From an uncultured Nitrososphaeria archaeon (GTDB taxonomy: Archaea > Thermoproteota > Nitrososphaeria_A > Caldarchaeales > Wolframiiraptoraceae): 32,000 nucleotides of DNA. Below, piece after piece: positions 16,536-25,722 of the stretch. The stretch is from assembly GCA_964396455.1 (NCBI GenBank), contig CAYNFG010000004.1:4161-36160 (forward strand), in the 5' to 3' direction. Below the pieces are notes generated by a model. That model made no database searches, was not told the DNA's origin, and saw nothing but the letters and a program-made list of their open reading frames with translations. The position numbers and the translations under genes were made by a program. Positions within the stretch are counted from its first letter, which is position 1; each line of letters starts with the position of its first letter.

Positions 16536-18254
16536 CTAGATTGCGGCGGCTAGGATGGCTGTGAGGAGGAGCGTGGAGAAGAATGTTAGAAGACCCATAC
16601 GAGTCTTTTTCGCAGCCTCCCCCAAAAAGCTCGGAGCCATAACTTTCACCCCCATAAACCTTAGCCTGGCCCAGGCCACCTCCATAGGCTTGGCGGACTC
16701 CATCGCGCGTCTAACGGCCTCGACGGCTTTTTCGGCAAGCTCCTCTGCCGGGATGACCTCGCCCAAGGGGTGATATCCCATTCCGCCGAATCTCAGCCCA
16801 TTCACTATATGCGTATCGGTCGTAAGGACCTCAACTACCCCGAATCCAAGCGATTTAACCTTCTCGATTATAAGCTGTCTGACCTCAGGAAGGCAGTTGT
16901 TCCCATCCAAGCTTATAATCGCTATCGGAGAGCTTTCAAGCATTATAGTTATGGCCGATATTCCGAGGTCGCCGATTCCATCAACCCTCGAGTAACCTTC
17001 GAGCATAGACCTAGCATAGCCGAGGATTAGAGGAGAGCTCCTATCAGGATCCAGCATCTCCGCCTTCTTCAAGATTCTGGAAGCGCTTTCAAGACTATCC
17101 TCATCAAGATCTTTAACGAGCCTAGAAAAGCTGTTATGGCAATCCACAGCTATTATCGACTCATCCGCTAGATCTCTCGCGATAGATCTAGGTATATCCT
17201 CCATTCCATCTGGATGGGTTGTTAGGAAGACGAGCTTCGCCTCGCCAAGCCGTAATACAAGCCCCTTTACCCTACCATCTCTAAGCCTAGCGGGATCTCC
17301 AACATGCGAATAATAGGAGAGGTTACTCGAGTTATCCGCAAATAGTCTTTTAAGCTCCCTTATTATAAGCTGGCAATCATCCTCTGAAATCAGATTATTC
17401 TCATGATTAGATAGACCTTTAAAGAAGATCGTTTCGACCCCGAGCCTACTAAGCTCGTCGTATATCCTATACTGCAGGCCGCTGCTACCAAAGTCCTTGA
17501 AGGGCCCTGGATGGAATGTTGGTATTATTATTGCTGCCTCGGGGTTTCCATTCCTCTCCCTGAAGACTAATACATCCAGCTGGACGTCGGATTCGTCGTC
17601 AAGATTCTCCGCTATCTCGCTGATCCAGTCCCGCCTATCATCTAGGAGATATGCTAGGATTCCAGAGACATAGTCGAGCGCTGGAAGCCTTCTGATGTCG
17701 ATGAACCTCTTTAGGATGAAAATCATCGCCGCCGCTAGACATCCGCCGATGAGATAGCTTTTCGCTAAAGCTGAGCCGTAGGAAGCCTGCTGGAGTATGT
17801 AGAGCGGCGCGGCTTCCAGAAGCATGCTTGCGAGCAATAATGGTGTCGCTCTTAGAATCCTCTTTCCTGAAAGGGTGAGATATACCGTAACTCGTAGGAA
17901 GGCTCCTATAGATGCGAGGATCGTAAATCCCATAACCCCTATCGGGGTTAGGGAGAGTATCGATCCAAGGATTATGAATGCTGCGTTTATTATTGATAGC
18001 TGATTCATCCTCCTGAAGTTTATTAATCCTAGGTCGCCAAGCCCCCATTCAGACAGCCTATTAACGAGTATGCTTAGTAGGAAGCCTACTGGGATTAGGA
18101 TCGAGTATGGGCTAAAGCCTATCAAGAAGGCTAAAGTTAAGGACGCTGCCAGGTAAGCAGCTATCGCTAAGCTTAGAAGCCGCCCCCTTATCGGAATCCC
18201 CCAAAGTAGTCGATAGAGGGATGAGATCTGCGAGGTAGCGCTTTTTCCTCCCAA
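16536..18254 (-). CDS. Conserved archaeal membrane protein of unknown function (DUF2070/COG3356-like architecture)
   Basis: About 6 N-terminal TM helices, a ~330-aa soluble domain with His/Asp motifs (TFHPGP, THPDG, VDCHNS, TTDTHIVNG), and one C-terminal TM helix. The family name is from memory and was not searched. Confidence 0.55.
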   Translation of the reverse strand: MGGKSATSQISSLYRLLWGIPIRGRLLSLAIAAYLAASLTLAFLIGFSPYSILIPVGFLLSILVNRLSEWGLGDLGLINFRRMNQLSIINAAFIILGSILSLTPIGVMGFTILASIGAFLRVTVYLTLSGKRILRATPLLLASMLLEAAPLYILQQASYGSALAKSYLIGGCLAAAMIFILKRFIDIRRLPALDYVSGILAYLLDDRRDWISEIAENLDDESDVQLDVLVFRERNGNPEAAIIIPTFHPGPFKDFGSSGLQYRIYDELSRLGVETIFFKGLSNHENNLISEDDCQLIIRELKRLFADNSSNLSYYSHVGDPARLRDGRVKGLVLRLGEAKLVFLTTHPDGMEDIPRSIARDLADESIIAVDCHNSFSRLVKDLDEDSLESASRILKKAEMLDPDRSSPLILGYARSMLEGYSRVDGIGDLGISAITIMLESSPIAIISLDGNNCLPEVRQLIIEKVKSLGFGVVEVLTTDTHIVNGLRFGGMGYHPLGEVIPAEELAEKAVEAVRRAMESAKPMEVAWARLRFMGVKVMAPSFLGEAAKKTRMGLLTFFSTLLLTAILAAAI

Positions 18255-18360
18255 TTCTCATTTGGAGAAAGAAGCCAAGCTTATAAACTATAACGCCGCA
18301 AGCAAGCCTGAAAGATTTTAGTTTCATGACCGAATACCTTCTAGGGCAGGAAGAGGCTCG

Positions 18361-19308
18361 ATGAAGATCGGGAGGGATAGGGGGCTCTTCGTAAAAGCGG
18401 GAGACTCGGTCTTCTGGCTCGACTCTGGCTCAGAAGGCTATGGTTTCAGCCTAATTACCCATGCTCACTGGGATCATCTACCGAATAATTCTTCAAGAGT
18501 TATCGCAACCCCGGAGACGGCGAGCATACTAAAGCTTTTCAGAAATAGAATCTTGGAGAAGACTCTAGGCTATGGGGAGCGGCTAAAGCTGGGAGATATC
18601 GAGATCTCCAGCCAGCCTTCGGGGCATGTAGTGGGATCAAGCCAGTTTATAATCGAGGAAGATGGCGTTAGACTGGTTTATACGGGCGATATAAACACCT
18701 ACGATAGCCTGATTTTAAGAGGGGCGAAGCCTATAGAAGCAGACATATTGGTTATTGAGGCAACCTACGGCTCGCCAAGATACGTATTTCCGAGGAGGGA
18801 GGAGATATATGCGAGGATAGTTAGATGGATAATCGAGGTCATTAAGTCCGGGGAGATACCAGCCTTCAAGGTTTATGCTCTTGGGAAAGCTCAGGAGATA
18901 ATCGGGATGATAAACGCTTACCTAGATGTTCCCGTGATCACGAGCTGGACGATATCGAGGATAAATGAGAAGCTCTCCGAACATGGCTTAAAGCTAGACT
19001 ATCTTCCCATAAACTCTCCAGAGGGGCTAGAAGCCTTCCGAGGAGGGGAATGCGTATACGTCTCAAGCAGGAGGAGTAATCCCCCCTCGAAGCATAGGAT
19101 TAGATGGAGCGTGGCGACAGGCTGGGCGCTACGCTACCGGATAAACGGCTATGATAAAGCATTCCCATTAAGCGGTCATGCAGACTTCCCAGGCCTAGTA
19201 AGCTATATCCAAGAAAGCTGCGCAAAGAAGATATACCTCGTTCATGGATTTGTAAAAGAATTCTCGAAGCATCTCAAGAGAATGGGGTTTGATGCTAGGA
19301 TCCTATGA
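18361..19308 (+). CDS. Metallo-beta-lactamase / beta-CASP family nuclease (small COG1236-like)
   Basis: HxHxDH motif (THAHWDH), YTGD, the beta-CASP motif A region EATYG, SGHAD, and terminal VHG. Confidence 0.7.
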   Translation: MKIGRDRGLFVKAGDSVFWLDSGSEGYGFSLITHAHWDHLPNNSSRVIATPETASILKLFRNRILEKTLGYGERLKLGDIEISSQPSGHVVGSSQFIIEEDGVRLVYTGDINTYDSLILRGAKPIEADILVIEATYGSPRYVFPRREEIYARIVRWIIEVIKSGEIPAFKVYALGKAQEIIGMINAYLDVPVITSWTISRINEKLSEHGLKLDYLPINSPEGLEAFRGGECVYVSSRRSNPPSKHRIRWSVATGWALRYRINGYDKAFPLSGHADFPGLVSYIQESCAKKIYLVHGFVKEFSKHLKRMGFDARIL

Positions 19309-19363
19309 TGCCGAATGCCTAATATATGGCGAGGTTAAAGCCTATTCGAGGAGGTGTTCGAAG

Positions 19364-19534
19364 ATGGCTGCGCGAAGGAGGAGAAGGGAGGCGCCGATGC
19401 CTGCCTCAGCCGCCGGTCTACTAAGGTTCTTTGAAGAAGAGACCAAGGGGATAAAGGTTAGACCTGAGGTAATTTTGATAATCGCCGGATTACTGATAGC
19501 GCTCACGATAATAATGAATAAGTTCCTAGCATAA
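19364..19534 (+). CDS. secG: Preprotein translocase subunit Sec61-beta (SecG)
   Basis: MAARRRRREAPMPASAAGLLRFFEE...single C-terminal TM (ILIIAGLLIALTIIM). GGAGGTG lies 6 nt upstream of the ATG at 19364. The track ORF's longer N-terminus was rejected. Confidence 0.8.
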   Translation: MAARRRRREAPMPASAAGLLRFFEEETKGIKVRPEVILIIAGLLIALTIIMNKFLA

Positions 19535-19546
19535 AGCTTCGGGAGA

Positions 19547-19837
19547 TCAGCTTAACGCCTCATCGAGATCGAGCTGGCCAGCCTCCCCAAGCTTCCACAA
19601 GATCCGACCCTTATACCTAACCTTTTCCACGATACCCTCAAGAAGCATCCTATTCAAATGCCTTCGAATAGATGATTTGCTTAGACCAAGCTCCTCGGAA
19701 ATCTGTGAAAGGGTGCAAGCCTTCTCCGAGATCACCGCTATTATCCTTGACCTCGTGATCACTCCGCGTCGAACATTCTTCACACTTCTTAAGAATGCTT
19801 TACTACGTATCGGCTGCGTCTCTCGGCTTGACAACAC
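19547..19837 (-). CDS. Winged helix-turn-helix transcriptional regulator (ArsR/MarR-like)
   Basis: wHTH segment CTLSQISEELGLSKSSIRRHLNRMLLEGIVEKV. A TATA-like TTTTTATGAG lies about 25-30 nt upstream, suggesting a leaderless transcript. Confidence 0.65.
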   Translation of the reverse strand: MLSSRETQPIRSKAFLRSVKNVRRGVITRSRIIAVISEKACTLSQISEELGLSKSSIRRHLNRMLLEGIVEKVRYKGRILWKLGEAGQLDLDEALS

Positions 19838-19983
19838 TATAAAGCCTCTCTATTTCTCATAAAAATCTAATTAGGGTTATCCGCCATCGATTAATGTCGC
19901 GGTCTTCTCAGGATGGCAGCTTGGCCATAGATCGCATGGAATCATGTTAAAATCTAGGCGCTGGAGAAATATTGTGGAGGATT

Positions 19984-20361
19984 ATGGAGGAGGATCTCGA
20001 GCTTAGAGCATTAAAGCTGAAGAAGCTTATGAGGCTTACAGCCCTTAAAGCAGGAAAGGCCGCCCAGACGAGGAGGGAGGAGCTAACCTTCGATGAAGCA
20101 TTAAGAATCGTTAAGCAGAATCTCATTAATCGTGGAGATGAGGTTCTTGAAGCAGCTTTAGAGCAATATCCTGAACAAGCGAGAAGGATAATAATGATTC
20201 TCGCTAAGAAGATTCTTGGAGGAGAGCTTACTAGAAGGATAAGCGGCGAGATGCTAATGAGCCTCTTCGATTATCTTGGGATGCCTGTCAAGCTTAAGAC
20301 GAGGATACTCTACTATAAGAAGGGCGAATACAAATCCATCGCCGATCTAATTAAGGAATAA
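19984..20361 (+). CDS. PDCD5/TFAR19-like DNA-binding protein (COG2118-like)
   Basis: Helical pattern: N-terminal lysine-rich helix, then YPEQARRIIMILAKKILGGEL..ISGEMLMSLF. I placed the start at the ATG at 19984, preceded by GGAGG. The assignment is moderate. Confidence 0.45.
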   Translation: MEEDLELRALKLKKLMRLTALKAGKAAQTRREELTFDEALRIVKQNLINRGDEVLEAALEQYPEQARRIIMILAKKILGGELTRRISGEMLMSLFDYLGMPVKLKTRILYYKKGEYKSIADLIKE

Positions 20362-20412
20362 GATGCAAAGATTTATAGAATGGAATGATTCTGCCTAAAG
20401 GCGGGGTTAGGA

Positions 20413-20820
20413 TTGGCGGCAGAGTATAATATTCCTTCTGGGTATTACTATACGAGGGATCACCTCTGGATAAAGTCTGAAGATAATACGGTCGTGATAG
20501 GGATTACGGATTATGGTCAGAGGAAGCTTAGGGATATCGTGCATATAGAGCTTCCTAGCATAGGTCAGACGGTCGAGGAGGGAGAGGTTTTAGCAGTAGT
20601 AGAATCGATAAAGGCGTCTGTCGAGATCCATTCGCCGGTTACCGGAAAAGTCGTTGAGATCAATACGAAGCTAGCCGATACCCCGGAGTTGATAAATGAG
20701 GAGCCATATGAGGCAGGATGGATAGCGAAGATAGAGCTTACCGAAGAGAAGAATTTCGAAGATTTTATGGAGGCCGACGAGTATAGCAAATATATAGAGG
20801 ATCTGGAGGAATCCGTCTAG
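20413..20820 (+). CDS. gcvH: Glycine cleavage system H protein / lipoyl carrier
   Basis: YTRDHLWIK, the lipoyl-lysine motif VESIKASVEIHSPVTG, and EPYEAGWI. TTG start, with TATA-like AGATTTATAGA about 35 nt upstream. Confidence 0.85.
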   Translation: MAAEYNIPSGYYYTRDHLWIKSEDNTVVIGITDYGQRKLRDIVHIELPSIGQTVEEGEVLAVVESIKASVEIHSPVTGKVVEINTKLADTPELINEEPYEAGWIAKIELTEEKNFEDFMEADEYSKYIEDLEESV

Positions 20821-20832
20821 GCACGTGGAAGG

Positions 20833-21171
20833 ATGGTGTTAGTAAGGGTTCATAGGGTATCGAGCATCAAAGATCCGGAGACCGGAAGATATGGTAAGAT
20901 GATAGAGCTTGTTGAGGAGACGAGGATACAGCCTGCGGTAAAGCTCGCCGGAGTTCCCCAAGAGTCTATAATGATCCAGTCGATGATCCAAGACTTAACG
21001 AGGTATCTCCAGTCTATGGGCTTTACCATGGGATCTCTTATGAAGCCTAAGATGACGCTATTCCTGACCGAGGAAGAGTATGAGATGCTTGGCGTCAAGC
21101 TTGAGGTAAATGAGGTTTATGAGCTAGAGTTCAAGAACGGCTCGATAATATTCAAGAAGGCATATGACTAG
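20833..21171 (+). CDS. Hypothetical protein (112 aa)
   Basis: ORF with matching codon bias, 12 nt downstream of gcvH. No family recognised. Confidence 0.5.
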   Translation: MVLVRVHRVSSIKDPETGRYGKMIELVEETRIQPAVKLAGVPQESIMIQSMIQDLTRYLQSMGFTMGSLMKPKMTLFLTEEEYEMLGVKLEVNEVYELEFKNGSIIFKKAYD

Positions 21172-21173
21172 AC

Positions 21174-21788
21174 CTATTTTCTAAAGCTTTGGATCGCATA
21201 GATCATTCGCCATACAACGGTTATCAACGCGAATACGGCTATCAGGATTATCGTTATCTCTAGAGCCGTCTCTACGAAGGGCGTTAGGATCGAGGCAGCG
21301 ATTAGGAATATTATACGCTCGGCTCTCTCCATAAATCCTACGCCCTTTAGGTTGATTTTGAGAGGCTCAGCCCTATGCCTAACATAGCTTACCATGATCG
21401 ATGCGGCAAGAGCCAGCGAGCCCCAAAAGCTGCTAACAGCCCCAGATACGATTATCGCGATATAGACCGCGCATTCGCTAAGCTTATCCAGAACCGAGTC
21501 GAGGAATGCTCCAATCTCGCTTACCATCCCAAGCCTCCTAGCCACAGCGCCGTCTATAGCATCTAGAAATCCTGAGATTCCGAGGAATAATGCAGCCAGA
21601 AAATAGTAGAAACGGTTTAGGGCAGCGATATAGTAGAAGAATGCCGAGATAAGGGCTGCGATAAAAGCTGAAACGGTTATGAATAGAGGCTTCACCTTAT
21701 AAGCCGCCAGCCCATCGACGAGCTTGATCGAGAGCCTCTCAAAAATCTCCTCCTCGATCCTACGCCTCCTAGCCCCCATTACCCCCAA
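21174..21788 (-). CDS. CDP-alcohol phosphatidyltransferase family enzyme (archaetidyl-lipid head-group synthase)
   Basis: DG(x2)AR(x8)G(x3)D(x3)D motif: DAIDGAVARRLGMVSEIGAFLDSVLDK. Multi-TM protein. TTG at 21788, with an alternative ATG at 21779. Confidence 0.85.
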   Translation of the reverse strand: MGVMGARRRRIEEEIFERLSIKLVDGLAAYKVKPLFITVSAFIAALISAFFYYIAALNRFYYFLAALFLGISGFLDAIDGAVARRLGMVSEIGAFLDSVLDKLSECAVYIAIIVSGAVSSFWGSLALAASIMVSYVRHRAEPLKINLKGVGFMERAERIIFLIAASILTPFVETALEITIILIAVFALITVVWRMIYAIQSFRK

Positions 21789-21866
21789 TACGGGAGAAGG
21801 CTGGATATAATTTTAAGTTGCCAGCCTGAGACGCTTATATACGAGGACTTCTAAACCTCTGAGAAA

Positions 21867-22235
21867 ATGACTTCGGAGAAGGAGCTTAGGGATAGGATAA
21901 TCGAGGTGCTTAGAACGGTCTATGATCCGGAGATTCCGGTAAACGTCTATGATCTTGGCCTAATCTACGGTATCGAGATAGATGATGAGGGGAATGTTGA
22001 GATACGGATGACCTTAACGGCTGTTGGATGCCCGCTTGCGGGATTGATAGGGTATAGGGTTGAGGAGGCTGTAAGGGAGAGGCTTTCGGAGGTGAAGAAT
22101 GTTAAGGTTAAGATAGTCTGGGATCCACCTTGGAGTCCGGAGAGAATTACGCCGGAGGGTAGAGAGGCTCTAAAGAAGATCTTTGGATACGATGTCGTTG
22201 AGGAATGGCTTCAGAGGTATAGATCGCAGGGATAG
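21867..22235 (+). CDS. DUF59 / MIP18 (SufT-like) Fe-S cluster assembly protein
   Basis: VYDPEIPVNVYDLGLIY...TLTAVGCPLAG signature. Confidence 0.8.
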   Translation: MTSEKELRDRIIEVLRTVYDPEIPVNVYDLGLIYGIEIDDEGNVEIRMTLTAVGCPLAGLIGYRVEEAVRERLSEVKNVKVKIVWDPPWSPERITPEGREALKKIFGYDVVEEWLQRYRSQG

Positions 22236-22322
22236 CAGCCTTCCATATACTGGAGTATGACCGGCTTCTAGCTAGGCGAAGCCATCTAAATACCGGTCCA
22301 GCTAAAATCCTCTAGGACGATA

Positions 22323-25300
22323 ATGGAAGAGGATTATGCAAAGCTTATCGAGGAGAAGTTTAGAGAAGCGTATGAGGTTGCGGTCGAGGCTAGAAGGAGG
22401 ATAGGATCTCCAACACCCGAGGTGGAGATCCTTCTAGCGAGAGACCTTGCTGAGAGGGTTGAGCTTCTGGTCGGTCCAAGGGGCGTTGCCGAGAAGATTA
22501 GAAGATACTTTGGAAAGATCTCTCAGGAGGAGCTCGCCTTTAAACTCGCCGAGGAGCTCGTTCGAGAGCTTAGGGGGAGGATGGATGATGAGAAGCTTAT
22601 CCTTCAGGTTGTGAGAACCTGTCTCGCGGTCTTAACTCCGCCATGCATCACGGCGGCGCCGACCGAGGGCATAGTCGATGCCAAGATAAAGCAGAACCCG
22701 GATGGAAGCAGGTATCTGGCCATATACTTCGCCGGCCCTATTAGATCCGCCGGAGGAACCGAGCTCGCCTCAATAATACTGTTAGCAGATCATGTCCGGA
22801 GGCTTCTCGGCCTCGATAGATATAAGCCGACGGATGAGGAGGTTTTAAGATTCATAGAAGAGCTTAGAATCTATCAGAGGAAGGTTTCAAGATTTCAGTA
22901 TAACGTCCCCGAAGACCTCCTCGAATTCATCCTGAGAAGGCTTCCGGTCGAGGTTACCGGGATAGCGACCGATAAAATCCCGGTCTCATCCTTCAGAGAC
23001 CTGCCGCGCGTCGAGACGAATTATCTTAGGGGCGGGGCTTTAAGAGTCGTTAATGATGGAATAGCTGGAAGAGCTAAGAAGGTTCTGAAGCTCGTTGAAG
23101 CCCTCAAGCTCGAGGGGTGGGAGTGGATAAGAGAGGTCGCCGAACGCATGAAAAACCTCTCCAACAGCGATGAGCAAAGCTATCTCGAAGAGCTCGTCGG
23201 CGGAAGACCGTTCATATCCACGACAAGCAGATTCGGCGGGCTTCGAATAAGGTATGGAAGATCTTTCTCGACCGGAATGCAGGCCGTAGGCTTACATCCA
23301 TTAACCTTAAAGCTGCTGAACGGATATATCACGACCGGAACCCAGCTAAAGCTAGATTACCCCGGGAAGGGGGGCATAGTATCGCCCGTAGACTCGATAG
23401 AGCCTCCGATCGTCATGCTCGATGATGGAAGCGTCGTCAAGCTTAGATCCGAAGAAGATTACAAGCGAGTTGAGGGCAGGATATCGAAGGTATTATTCCT
23501 AGGGGATATACTAATCTCCATAGGAGACCTCATAGAGAACAACGTTGAAATCAAGAAGCCGGGCTACTGCGAGGAATGGTGGGCTGAAGAGCTTAGGAAA
23601 AAGCTTGAAGAGGCGAGCCTACCTCGAGAGCTTGAAGAATCCGTTAGACGCATTCTGGAAGATCCTCTTCGAAGAAAGCCGTCAATAGGAGAGGCTATCA
23701 GATTAAGCATCATCTTAAAACTCCCACTCCATCCAGAATACCTGCCCTTTTGGGGTAACGTATCGATTCAGGATCTCGAGAAGCTTAGATCTTGGATCAG
23801 AAACGGCCTTAGGGCGTCGAGGATATCGTCATCCGGGGCATCCCTCCCATACGATCCTGAAGTAAAGAATATTCTCACGCTACTTTTGATAGAGCATAGG
23901 ACAGCCGGAAGCGAGATAATCTTACCAATCTACTGGCTTAAGACCTTGATAGCATGCCTGAGACCGTTCAACAATGAGAGAATCGATGAAAGGATGAATG
24001 TCTTCTCGGCAGTCGAGAAGCTATCAGGGATACCGCAGAGGGATAAGGGCGGCTCGTTTATCGGGGCGAGGATGGGTAGACCTGAGAAGGCTGCTCAAAG
24101 GGAGATGAGCCCTCCGGTAAACGTCTTATTCCCGATAGGCGATGCCGGGGGGAGCGCGAGAGACATTATCGCGGCGGCAAAGAGTAGGAAGAGGATAATA
24201 GTGGAGCTAGCCGATAGAAGATGCCCGAAATGCGGTAAAGCGACGTGGAAGGATGTTTGCCCAGAGTGCGGTGAGCCGACGAAACTGATCGGGGTATGCG
24301 GAAGATGCGGATACGAGGTAGAATACTCGGAGGAGGGGAAGACTTGTCCGAGATGCGGCGGCAACATAAGCTACTCTAAAAAGCATGCTCTAGATATCGA
24401 GGAGGAGTTCTTCAAAGCCTTGAAGAAGCTCTCCGAGCAAGCTCCCGCAAAGCTCAAGGGGGTAAAGGGATTGAATAGCATTCCAAAAGTCCCAGAGCTT
24501 TTAGAGAAGGGGATATTGAGGGCGAAGCATGATCTATACATATACAAGGATGGGACGATACGCTTCGACGCGACGAATGCGCCCCTCACCCATTTCACGC
24601 CGAGGCAGATAGGGGTATCCGTTGAAAAGCTTAGGAAGCTCGGATATACCCACGATATATTCGGAAGGGAGCTATTCTCTCCAGACCAGATTCTGGAGCT
24701 CAAACTTCAGGATGTCGTGATCTCGAGGAGGGCTGCCGAACATCTTCTAAAAGTCTCCAAGTTCATAGACGAGCTATTGGTTAAGCTAGCTGGGATGCAG
24801 CCATTCTATAGGCTCAAGACTATAGACGATTTGATAGGAGAGCTTATCCTCGCTTTATCGCCTCACACCTACGCCGGGGTAGTAGGCAGGATAATAGGAT
24901 TCACGGACTCGCTCGTATGCTTCGCCCATCCAGTATTCCACGCAGCTAAGAGGAGAGACTGCGATGGAGATGAGGATAGCATAATGCTCCTCCTAGATCC
25001 GCTCATAAACTTCTCAAGACTATACCTACCGGGGAGGGTTGGAGGCAAAATGGACTCACCCCTACTACTAACTGTGATCGTAGATCCGAAGGAGGTGGAT
25101 GAGCAGGCTCATAACCTCGACACCCTAGACAGGATACCGTTAGAGTTCTATGAGGCGGCCGAGAAGGAGAAGCATATCTCGGAGCTGGCCGACATAATCC
25201 CGACTATAGGAAGCCTGCTTAAAGACGGCAAACCCCTCAGGATAGGATTCACCCATCCGCAGAAAGATCTCGTAGCCCACCCGGTCGAGTCCTCCTATAA

Positions 25301-25718
25301 GAGGTATGGAAGCATGCTGGAGAAGATCCTAGGCCAGCTCGAGCTAGCCGAGAAGATAGCCGCAGTAGATGAGAGCTACGTCGCGGAGAAGATGGTCGAA
25401 ACCCACCTCCTCTCAGATATCCTAGGAAATATGAGAGCATTCTTCCTCCAGAAATTCAGATGCAAGAAATGCGGCACAAGATATAGGAGGATACCATTAA
25501 CAGGAAGGTGCATAAACTGCGGCGGAGAGATCACGCAGACGGTCTTTAGGGGAGCAGTCGAGAAATACGTCGAGCTCGTCGATAAGGTTCTGCTCAAGAA
25601 GCTCAGAGACCCCTATCTCAAGGAGAGGGTCTCCCTAGCCCTCGAGAATATAAAATCGATATTCGAGGCTGAGGAGCAGGAGCAGGCATCTCTCGAGGAA
25701 TTCATGCTGGAGACCTAG
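22323..25718 (+). CDS. polC: DNA polymerase D (Pol II) large catalytic subunit DP2
   Basis: 1131 aa. Multiple Cys4 zinc modules (CPKCGK...CPECGE; CGRCGY...CPRCGG; CKKCGT...CINCGG). Conserved DP2 blocks such as HPVFHAAKRRDCDGDED. No intein interruption is evident. Confidence 0.9.
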   Translation: MEEDYAKLIEEKFREAYEVAVEARRRIGSPTPEVEILLARDLAERVELLVGPRGVAEKIRRYFGKISQEELAFKLAEELVRELRGRMDDEKLILQVVRTCLAVLTPPCITAAPTEGIVDAKIKQNPDGSRYLAIYFAGPIRSAGGTELASIILLADHVRRLLGLDRYKPTDEEVLRFIEELRIYQRKVSRFQYNVPEDLLEFILRRLPVEVTGIATDKIPVSSFRDLPRVETNYLRGGALRVVNDGIAGRAKKVLKLVEALKLEGWEWIREVAERMKNLSNSDEQSYLEELVGGRPFISTTSRFGGLRIRYGRSFSTGMQAVGLHPLTLKLLNGYITTGTQLKLDYPGKGGIVSPVDSIEPPIVMLDDGSVVKLRSEEDYKRVEGRISKVLFLGDILISIGDLIENNVEIKKPGYCEEWWAEELRKKLEEASLPRELEESVRRILEDPLRRKPSIGEAIRLSIILKLPLHPEYLPFWGNVSIQDLEKLRSWIRNGLRASRISSSGASLPYDPEVKNILTLLLIEHRTAGSEIILPIYWLKTLIACLRPFNNERIDERMNVFSAVEKLSGIPQRDKGGSFIGARMGRPEKAAQREMSPPVNVLFPIGDAGGSARDIIAAAKSRKRIIVELADRRCPKCGKATWKDVCPECGEPTKLIGVCGRCGYEVEYSEEGKTCPRCGGNISYSKKHALDIEEEFFKALKKLSEQAPAKLKGVKGLNSIPKVPELLEKGILRAKHDLYIYKDGTIRFDATNAPLTHFTPRQIGVSVEKLRKLGYTHDIFGRELFSPDQILELKLQDVVISRRAAEHLLKVSKFIDELLVKLAGMQPFYRLKTIDDLIGELILALSPHTYAGVVGRIIGFTDSLVCFAHPVFHAAKRRDCDGDEDSIMLLLDPLINFSRLYLPGRVGGKMDSPLLLTVIVDPKEVDEQAHNLDTLDRIPLEFYEAAEKEKHISELADIIPTIGSLLKDGKPLRIGFTHPQKDLVAHPVESSYKRYGSMLEKILGQLELAEKIAAVDESYVAEKMVETHLLSDILGNMRAFFLQKFRCKKCGTRYRRIPLTGRCINCGGEITQTVFRGAVEKYVELVDKVLLKKLRDPYLKERVSLALENIKSIFEAEEQEQASLEEFMLET

Positions 25719-25722
25719 TGGA

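Noticed and set aside
19289-19363. N-terminal extension of the Sec61-beta ORF.
   Set aside because: Sec61-beta is about 55 aa. The ATG at 19364 has a GGAGGTG Shine-Dalgarno-like sequence, and the extension overlaps the 3' end of the upstream nuclease gene.
20833-21171. Idea that the 112-aa protein or the SMC-like ATPase corresponds to arcadin-type partners of crenactin.
   Set aside because: I cannot recall arcadin sequences well enough to support this, and no actin-family gene is present in the window.
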